Source: Dehalococcoidia bacterium
GTDB lineage: Bacteria > Chloroflexota > Dehalococcoidia > GIF9 > UBA5629
DNA length: 52,658 nt
NCBI GenBank assembly: GCA_011170325.1
Contig: DUEX01000015.1
Location: 1 to 52,658 of the forward strand
Direction of reading: 5' to 3'
Below, one piece after another: positions 39,459-46,085 of the stretch. The notes under the pieces were generated by a model, which was not told the origin of the DNA, searched no databases, and saw nothing but the letters and a program-made list of their open reading frames with translations. Position 1 is the first letter of the stretch, and each line of letters starts with the position of its first letter. A program made the translations under genes and the position numbers.

Positions 39459-40118
39459 ATGAAACCGACGTCTAAATTATCCTTCAAGATCGCCGCAGTG
39501 TTATTTAAAGGCCTCTTTAGAATTATGATCCGCTACGAAATTGGAGGCAGGGAAAATTTGCCGGCAAATGGTCCGGTTATTGCCGTTTGCAACCACCTTC
39601 ATCACATAGACCCGGTGTTACACATAATTAGCATCCTTCCCCGTGATAGCATCTTCATGGCAAAGGAGGGGCTCTTTCATTACTGGCCCTTCCCCCTCAC
39701 CCGCATCTTGATGGACATCGCTGAAGCTTTTCCAGTGAACTATCGTGGAACCCCCGAAGAAATAAAGCGGGCAATACGGCAAGCAGAAAAAGTATTGGCT
39801 GAAGGTCTTGTCTTCGGTATATATCCGGAAGGGACACGCAGCCGCACAAGCCAGCTTAAAGAAGCTTATCACGGTACAGCGATCATTGCTTGCCGCAGCC
39901 GAGCTCCTCTTATCCCCGTTGGTATCTGGGGAACGGAGAAGCTCAAAGGAATCGGCTGGCTAAGTCGCCCAAAGATAACCATAAGTTTCGGCCAGCCTTT
40001 TACACTTCCACCCACCGAGGGTGAGCCAACCAACGACCAACTGAAACCGCTAACCAACTTCATAATGAAACAACTTGCTGCTGTCCTCCCACCCGAGTAT
40101 CGAGGGAAATACAAATAG
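39459..40118 (+). CDS. plsC: 1-acyl-sn-glycerol-3-phosphate acyltransferase family protein
   Basis: 219 aa. HxxxxD motif NHLHHIDP and the FPEG-type motif IYPEGTRS. Confidence 0.88.
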   Translation: MKPTSKLSFKIAAVLFKGLFRIMIRYEIGGRENLPANGPVIAVCNHLHHIDPVLHIISILPRDSIFMAKEGLFHYWPFPLTRILMDIAEAFPVNYRGTPEEIKRAIRQAEKVLAEGLVFGIYPEGTRSRTSQLKEAYHGTAIIACRSRAPLIPVGIWGTEKLKGIGWLSRPKITISFGQPFTLPPTEGEPTNDQLKPLTNFIMKQLAAVLPPEYRGKYK

Positions 40119-40431
40119 GTAGCTAAGTCATCTGTCGGACCCAAATCATATGGCAAAAGTTGAGTAAAGGATAGAGACTGATTATACAATTCGGCAGCTT
40201 GTGCAGTCTAGTTGTCAGAGTCATGTAAACTCAAACCTTTTAGCAGGCACGTATTATGGCCTCTATAACCATTGTGCTATACTAGTGACCAGAGCGAGGC
40301 CGAATTCCAACCAGCAAAGCAGCCCACCTTCTCATGTACAGGGCAGCATTGAATGCTGCCACAAGGAAATAAGTAGCATATAAGAACAAGAAAGAACAAT
40401 CAAGAAAAGACCAAAAACAAAGGAGGACAAT

Positions 40432-40980
40432 GTGACTAAGAAGGAAAGAATAGTCGCCAAAGCTAAAGAACTTGGAAAAGAGAATGAGACGAAGTATATT
40501 GGGTGCTCCCAGTCATCTTTTGCTGCTGTCGTCGATGCGTTCAGGTCAGAAGGTATCGAGTTACTGACACCGGAAGAACAAGAAAAGATTTTTAAGGGGA
40601 TGGTGGGACTTCAAGGGGGAACCGGGGGAACAAGCTTGGGGACTTGCGGGGCTGTGATTGCACCTAGTTTTCTTGTGTCTATGGCCTCAGGCATTGGAAC
40701 CAAAGAGCAATTGGAGGACAAATATAAGGGCTCCGTATCTTGTGCCAATGTTATCAATGGTGTTACCAGTAGATTCATAAAGGAATTTGGCTCCATTGTT
40801 TGCCGGGATATATGCTTCAGACGCTGGGGTAGAGTCCTAGATTTTTGTAGGTCAGATACTATGCGTGAATTCCTTGCCAAATCGAAGGAGCGCCCAGAAT
40901 GTCAGGACACAAGATGCACGATTTCGATAGGGTCTGGCTGGGGTGCTGAGCAGATATGCGACATGATGGGAATCAAGTAG
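40432..40980 (+). CDS. C_GCAxxG_C_C family putative redox protein
   Basis: 182 aa. GTG start after AAAGGAGG. Motifs GCSQSSF, LGTCGAV and CRDIC. Confidence 0.75.
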   Translation: MTKKERIVAKAKELGKENETKYIGCSQSSFAAVVDAFRSEGIELLTPEEQEKIFKGMVGLQGGTGGTSLGTCGAVIAPSFLVSMASGIGTKEQLEDKYKGSVSCANVINGVTSRFIKEFGSIVCRDICFRRWGRVLDFCRSDTMREFLAKSKERPECQDTRCTISIGSGWGAEQICDMMGIK

Positions 40981-41092
40981 CAGGACAGGCCAAAATAAAG
41001 GCTGGAGGAGGCAATACATGCCACCGACCAGTAACAAAGAAAAAGCAATCCCAAAAGCTAGCGAGCTTGCGGAAAATACAGAGCTAGGTTGT

Positions 41093-41263
41093 CTAAGGAG
41101 AAGAGGCTAACTTGTACTGGTTTAGCTTCTTCAGCTCCAATAGTATTTCTCTGAGCAGTAGAAGCTCCAGGCGGCGCCAGTTTACCTCGCTGGCTAATCT
41201 TGCCCACCTCGTCGGATCCTCAGACAGATATTCCTCTACTATCTTCTCTACACTTTTAGCCAT
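41093..41263 (-). CDS. Small helical hypothetical ORF (56 aa, below the ORF-track cutoff).
   Basis: Manual translation gives MAKSVEKIVEEYLSEDPTRWARLASEVNWRRLELLLLREILLELKKLNQYKLASSP. It lies 20 nt downstream of the DUF2284 gene. The SD is weak. Confidence 0.25.
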   Translation of the reverse strand: MAKSVEKIVEEYLSEDPTRWARLASEVNWRRLELLLLREILLELKKLNQYKLASSP

Positions 41264-41282
41264 CTTTTTGCTGCCTTGCTAT

Positions 41283-41885
41283 TTAGTATACTAAAACCAG
41301 CCCCACTGAAATGGCGCATGGAACTTGGCTAAGTTCGTCCAGTAATGGGTAGGCTTCCCAGCCTACTTTACCGATAAGGTCAAAGACATCAATCCCCATA
41401 GCTTCCATAGCTGGTCTAGCCCGGTGTGGGAAGCGGCATCTGCCACTATCCAGGAACTGGCAGATTAAGCCGTGGCACAGATAATCCTTACAGGAACCAC
41501 CACCAAAACCCATAGCTAGATGATAGCCATGCTTGTAAGCCAAGCGTTCTATTTGATAGACGATTTCGCCGGTCTTTTGGTGAAAAAGGAGGGTTTGCCG
41601 CTGTTCGGCCTTGCTCTTTCCACTTCTTGGCGTGTAGGCTTCCAGAGGCTCCACATGGGTCTTGAGCAATATTGCCCAAGCGAATTTGGCAAAAGCTTTG
41701 CGAATGACGTCTAACTCAGGAGTATAGGGAGGGCAGTTGGGCGTCTCTCCAGCACGAAGGCAACGCGGTACTATGCACTTCAGTCTTACCCGTTCGTCTA
41801 CAGTAATCTGGGTTGCTGGTATGATCTCAGCCGTGCCAGCTCCCAACTCCAGCGCCTTCTGGCGAAAGCTTTCTAAATCTACCAT
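41283..41885 (-). CDS. DUF2284-like predicted metal-binding protein
   Basis: Cys pattern RLKCIVPRC...CPPY...GGGSCKDYLCHGLIC...GRC. ATG 41885 is preceded by GGAGGG. The ORF is open to 41966. Confidence 0.65.
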   Translation of the reverse strand: MVDLESFRQKALELGAGTAEIIPATQITVDERVRLKCIVPRCLRAGETPNCPPYTPELDVIRKAFAKFAWAILLKTHVEPLEAYTPRSGKSKAEQRQTLLFHQKTGEIVYQIERLAYKHGYHLAMGFGGGSCKDYLCHGLICQFLDSGRCRFPHRARPAMEAMGIDVFDLIGKVGWEAYPLLDELSQVPCAISVGLVLVY

Positions 41886-42032
41886 TAGGGTTCCCTCCGA
41901 CACCTTAGTAAGAAACGGCCTTATGGCTGCTCTCTCAGTTGTCATTGTTTTACTTCTCCGTTTCATAAACAGCCTTTCAACTATATTGTCTCACTTCCGC
42001 CCCCACCCTATTATATTCTCCTCAAGACAACT

Positions 42033-42173
42033 TTAGCTCTTCCCTATCCTGAACACCTTAGTCCCACATACGGGGCACACACCTTGAGTTGCTGGTCTAC
42101 CATTCTTCATGGTTATGCTCTTAGCATCTTTCATCTCCCTCTTGGTACGGCATTTCATACAGTATGCTTGCAT
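42033..42173 (-). CDS. DUF5679-like zinc-ribbon protein
   Basis: ATG 42173 follows AAGGAGG. The product is MQAYCMKCRTKREMKDAKSITMKNGRPATQGVCPVCGTKVFRIGKS. The ORF is open to 42221. Confidence 0.7.
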   Translation of the reverse strand: MQAYCMKCRTKREMKDAKSITMKNGRPATQGVCPVCGTKVFRIGKS

Positions 42174-42279
42174 TAGTCTACCTCCTTTTTTAGATATGAA
42201 CCATAAACCATCTACTCCCACAATGTCAATAGTCCAATGGCTGTATGCAACCAGAAGGTGTCAAATTTATTGGGCGAAG

Positions 42280-42753
42280 TCAATAGTTGAAGCCAAAAAC
42301 CTGAATGCTCTTATACAGCCTTTTTATGCCATGTACCTGTGCGCCAAGGTACTGGGCCTTGCCCAGGTTAAACTTCCCGTTTGGCGACTGATGCTGGACC
42401 ATGTACTCCAGTGCTTTCAGGCTCTTTGGTGTTCTATGGTCCATCGCATAATGCTCCAATATGCGTCCAGTGGCACAAGTTTCGCCTTTGAATCCCCAGT
42501 ATTCATCATCAACCATTATTGACTCATAAAAGGCAAACACCTCCTCCAGAGCACTTTGACATCCATATTCGGAGAATTCTTCAGGATATTTTTGCTTGAA
42601 TACGATCAAGGAGGGAGCCAGATGTAACAACAAATCTTTCGGAATATCGCCAGGGCTCAGATTCTCGATATCCCTTTCCCTTCTCCACTCTTCAATGGCA
42701 TTATCCATTAAGGACCTTATCGAAACCTGCCTGTTATCTGCGGTCTTCCACAT
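42280..42753 (-). CDS. Hypothetical protein (157 aa, no recognisable family).
   Basis: A long ORF with coding-like composition. No motif recognised by eye. Confidence 0.55.
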   Translation of the reverse strand: MWKTADNRQVSIRSLMDNAIEEWRRERDIENLSPGDIPKDLLLHLAPSLIVFKQKYPEEFSEYGCQSALEEVFAFYESIMVDDEYWGFKGETCATGRILEHYAMDHRTPKSLKALEYMVQHQSPNGKFNLGKAQYLGAQVHGIKRLYKSIQVFGFNY

Positions 42754-42813
42754 TTCACTTGTTGATACTCCGCCACAAAGCAGGGTTTGAATCCTGATCC
42801 CAATGCTATAAAT

Positions 42814-42863
42814 GAAAATAGAAAGGAGCCTTCCTAAAATCAGGAGACTCCTCTAATTGCTAT
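42814..42863 (-). repeat. Copy A of a 50-nt intergenic repeat (terminator-like).
   Basis: gaaaatagaaaggaGccttcc...cagga...taattgctat. It shares identical 14-nt and 10-nt end blocks with 43671..43720. Confidence 0.6.
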
Positions 42864-42968
42864 CGTATCCGTTAGGACTACACGCCGTTGATGCTAACGC
42901 TCATCCCTCGCCAGAATGGACGTCACAATGGGAATTCCCGGTTATTGCTCTCCGAGCCCAGATGGACG

Positions 42969-43058
42969 TTACGGCAATAACAAAACAGCAAAGCAAAAAA
43001 CCAGAAACACGAGCAAGCAACCACCAACTATAGCCATAAGCTCTCTGTTCATTTTCAT
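42969..43058 (-). CDS. Candidate 29-aa hydrophobic peptide (alternative frame to the listed ORF 42901..43086).
   Basis: Manual translation gives MKMNRELMAIVGGCLLVFLVFCFAVLLLP. The R.LMAIVGG core resembles RRLLAMFGG of the 43276..43461 product. AGGAAGG lies 14 nt upstream. Confidence 0.35.
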   Translation of the reverse strand: MKMNRELMAIVGGCLLVFLVFCFAVLLLP

Positions 43059-43275
43059 AACTTGTTACGACCTTCCTGGTTTTCAAAATATATAACGAAC
43101 AAGGTTAAACGTTTGTTTAGGCCTCAGTGCCTTATTAACCGAAATGCAGTTGCCTCACCCAGATATGCCCTATCACATTACGGGGATACGTCTTGCCGGC
43201 GACGGCCTGCCAAAAAAGAGACAAGCTGGTAATGGTCGCTTTGTGAAAAGATGTAACTAGGAGAAACAGGAATTA

Positions 43276-43461
43276 TCACAAATACCATATGCCAGCAGTG
43301 ATTACCAGGCCGATAAGAATAACAGCGTCAAGAACAAGACCACCGAACATGGCTAAGAGTCTTCTATCACTCTTGAGGATAGCTGGGAACTTGTTAACGT
43401 TGTTCATTTTGATTCCTCCTGTCATCTGTTTTCTATCGTTTCCAACCAGTTGTACGTCCAT
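43276..43461 (-). CDS. Small single-pass membrane protein (61 aa, or 43 aa from the internal ATG 43407).
   Basis: AAGGAGG lies 8 nt before ATG 43461, and a second GGAGG lies before the internal MNNVNKF start. TM helix LLAMFGGLVLDAVILIGLVITAGIWYL. Confidence 0.55.
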   Translation of the reverse strand: MDVQLVGNDRKQMTGGIKMNNVNKFPAILKSDRRLLAMFGGLVLDAVILIGLVITAGIWYL

Positions 43462-43670
43462 TTCGCCGACCTCCTTTCCTGCTGCAATAAACGTTGAGCA
43501 CGGGACGCCCTCCTGTGTTCGGCTCCGCCAGTAAGCCCGCCAAGCCCTAGCAGAGTTTTTTTATTCTATTTTGAGTATACTGCGCTCAACTCACAGCCAC
43601 GTCACAACAGCAGCCTCTACCGTAACAAATAAATCACAAATGCGGCGCGGCTTCACGTACTCCTATGAAG

Positions 43671-43720
43671 GAAAATAGAAAGGAACCTTCCGATTTCAGG
43701 AAGGATCTTTTAATTGCTAT
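43671..43720 (-). terminator. Copy B of the 50-nt repeat. It forms a rho-independent terminator after the OmpR-type regulator gene.
   Basis: The minus strand reads CCTTCC-tgaaatc-GGAAGG followed by ttcctttctattttcc. Confidence 0.55.
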
Positions 43721-43724
43721 ATGG

Positions 43725-44423
43725 TTATGCTTGCTTCACCATCGTGTACCCTATGCCAGGCCTGGTCAGGATATATCTGGGGTTCTTGGCATCATCGCTT
43801 AACTTCCGCCTGAGCCTAGCTATATTGACCTGAAGGAGGTGGGTCTCGCCAAGGTACTCCTCGCCCCATACCTTCTCCAGTATCTGGTCAGGGATGACCA
43901 CCCGGTCGCTATTGCGCGCCATATAGGATAACAGTCTGTACTCTGTGGCGGTCAGATTTACCTTCTGGCTGTCCAGCATGACACTGCGGTGGGCAAAGTC
44001 AATTATAAGGTCATGGGAATGAAACGCCGGCTCAGGACTCTCATCCCAGAGTACAGTGCGGCGTAGCACCGCCCTGACCCTGGCGGCTAACTCCTTGGTA
44101 GAAAATGGCTTGGTCACATAATCATCAGCACCGGCATCCAACCCTTGTACCTTCTCTACCTCATCACCCTTGGCGGTAACCATAATTATCGGTACCTGTG
44201 AGAACTCGCGGATGCGTTGACACGCAGTATATCCATCCATGCCAGGCATCTTAATATCCAGCAACACCAAGTCTGGGGACTCCTCAGCGAATACATCAAG
44301 AGCGGACTCACCGTTACTAGCAGTAACCACTCGGTATCCCTCCAGCTCAAGGACATGCTGCATCATGCGCAAAATGTGAACATCATCATCAACCACCAGC
44401 ACAGACACTTTCCTAGACGGCAT
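43725..44423 (-). CDS. OmpR-family response regulator (REC plus winged helix).
   Basis: ATG 44423 after GAGGTGG. VLVVDDD, LVLLDIKMPGMDG, ADDYVTKPF, and C-terminal LTATEYRLL...RPGIGY. Confidence 0.92.
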   Translation of the reverse strand: MPSRKVSVLVVDDDVHILRMMQHVLELEGYRVVTASNGESALDVFAEESPDLVLLDIKMPGMDGYTACQRIREFSQVPIIMVTAKGDEVEKVQGLDAGADDYVTKPFSTKELAARVRAVLRRTVLWDESPEPAFHSHDLIIDFAHRSVMLDSQKVNLTATEYRLLSYMARNSDRVVIPDQILEKVWGEEYLGETHLLQVNIARLRRKLSDDAKNPRYILTRPGIGYTMVKQA

Positions 44424-44631
44424 ACCAGCACCACCTCTTTCGGTAGAGGACACGGTCAACGGCTTTCTTGAGGTCTGCAGCGATAGGCATCTTGATCAGA
44501 TAGTCGGCGATGCCCGTGCTGAAGGCCCTGTCCCAGTGTGATACTGCAACCGGGGCGGGCGTGGCCGCCCACAAGCTGGCAGATGATTCGCTATCGGCTG
44601 TAAGTGTTCCCCTGTTATTAAACTGCCTCAC
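44413..44631 (-). pseudogene. Possible relic of a receiver domain (C-terminal half only).
   Basis: The ORF translation contains PVAVSHWDRAFSTGIADYLIKMPIAADLKKAVDRVL, resembling beta4-alpha4-beta5-alpha5 of REC (PVimlTa....a...GAdDYl.KPf...L...v..vL). The phospho-acceptor half is missing. It overlaps the next gene's start. Confidence 0.35.
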
Positions 44632-44643
44632 TTCTATATACCT

Positions 44644-45687
44644 CTACTTACGCAACCCGGAAACTTCAGGCTTCTGCCTTAGTACCTCAGCCACGGGCAT
44701 TTTGAGAAAGGCGGCAACTACCACAGGGTCAAACTGGGTGCCAGTGCAGCGCTTTATCTCCTCGCAAGCAGCTTCAGTCCCCATTGCCTCCCGATACGGC
44801 CGCTCAGATGTCATAGCGTCATAGGCATCAGCCACCGCCATAATTCTGGCACCCAGTGGTATCTGCTCACCCCCTAGCCCATCAGGATAGCCTCTACCGT
44901 CGTAGCGCTCGTGGTGATGCCTGACCATCCCCAGAATCTCTTTATCCTCCACGATTGGTGCCAGGATATGCTCTCCTAGCTCAGGATGAGATTTTATATG
45001 CCCATACTCATCATCGGTAAGGCTGCCTGGCTTGTTTAGAACGGACTCCCTTATTCCTATCTTGCCGATATCATGGATTAATCCGGCAAGTCTTATCTTC
45101 TCAACCTTGCCTCGGGGCATTTTCAGCTCCCGGGCAATAGCAACGGACATCTCAGTTACCCTCTGCGAATGGCCGCTGGTGTACCTGTCTTTGGCTTCCA
45201 AGGCATAGGCCAATGCAGTTATGGCATTGAGGAAAGATTTACGAATTCTCTTAGCTTGCTCCTCAACCTTCTGCTCCAGGTGCTGCTGGTAATCTCTATT
45301 CTCAAGCTCCAGCCTCCTTTTCTCCAGAGCCCTGTCTACGCTCAAGACGACCTCAGCCAGGTTAAATGGCTTGGTTACATAATCGTAGGCGCCTTCTTTC
45401 ATACATTGGATGGCAGTGCTGGTATCGGTTATGGCAGTAGCCATGACCACCGCCGTATCGGGGTACCTAGCTCTTATTTCGGGAAGAACCTCCGTTCCCG
45501 ATTTCCCCGGCATCTTAATATCCAGAAGGATTAGGGCAGATGGAGCAGTCTCCATTCTATCCAGCGCTTGGTCACCGTCACCAGCTTCCTGGCACTGGTA
45601 GCCCTCCTTTGCCAGCCTCCGATGCAGGAGTTCCCTGACCCCTGGCTCATCGTCGACAATCAGTATTCTTCCTTGGTTTTGGGTCAT
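44644..45687 (-). CDS. Response regulator with HD-GYP output domain (putative c-di-GMP phosphodiesterase).
   Basis: ATG 45687 (ATGA overlap with the upstream gene). ILIVDDEP, LILLDIKMPGKSG, HSQRV, GLIHDIGK, HHERYDGRGYPDGL. Confidence 0.92.
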   Translation of the reverse strand: MTQNQGRILIVDDEPGVRELLHRRLAKEGYQCQEAGDGDQALDRMETAPSALILLDIKMPGKSGTEVLPEIRARYPDTAVVMATAITDTSTAIQCMKEGAYDYVTKPFNLAEVVLSVDRALEKRRLELENRDYQQHLEQKVEEQAKRIRKSFLNAITALAYALEAKDRYTSGHSQRVTEMSVAIARELKMPRGKVEKIRLAGLIHDIGKIGIRESVLNKPGSLTDDEYGHIKSHPELGEHILAPIVEDKEILGMVRHHHERYDGRGYPDGLGGEQIPLGARIMAVADAYDAMTSERPYREAMGTEAACEEIKRCTGTQFDPVVVAAFLKMPVAEVLRQKPEVSGLRK

Positions 45688-46085
45688 TTTTCTGCCTGCT
45701 GCAAAGCCTCTTTGACCACAGTTTTCAGCCAATCTATATCAAATGGTTTTGACAGAAATGGTCTGCCAGATGCCTCCAAAAGGCTCTCGGTATCTCCGCT
45801 CATCACATCTCCAGTAATGAATATCACCCTGTTTGCCATCTCTGGATGCTTCTGTTTAAGCCATTGATGGAACTCACTACCATCTACCAGCGGCATCCTG
45901 ACATCTAACAGGCAAAGGTCATAGTCCTTCCCCTTTCTCCACAGTCTGTCCTGAGCATCCTTCCCATCAACAGCGATATCCACCTCAAATCCTTCGCCGG
46001 TAAGGACTCTCACACAGACGTTGCAAATCCCTGGTTCATCATCGACTACCAGGATTCTCTTTGAGGTGCTAGCAGTAGTTTTCAT
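45684..46085 (-). CDS. Single-domain CheY-like response regulator
   Basis: 133 aa. ILVVDDEP, LCLLDVRMPLVDG, LSKPF. Confidence 0.9.
   Translation of the reverse strand: MKTTASTSKRILVVDDEPGICNVCVRVLTGEGFEVDIAVDGKDAQDRLWRKGKDYDLCLLDVRMPLVDGSEFHQWLKQKHPEMANRVIFITGDVMSGDTESLLEASGRPFLSKPFDIDWLKTVVKEALQQAEK

Noticed and set aside
40201-40383. 60-aa plus-strand ORF in the plsC/C_GCAxxG spacer.
   Set aside because: It has no SD and a Ser/Cys/His-rich composition that does not look like a protein. It is treated as a non-coding leader.
43462-43660. Possible riboswitch (guanidine/ykkC-like CTAGGG...GGCGGAGCC) in the leader of the small membrane protein gene.
   Set aside because: Only a few short words resemble the ykkC consensus, and the conserved ACGR/GGGA elements and helices are not present. 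The downstream gene is not a typical guanidine exporter.
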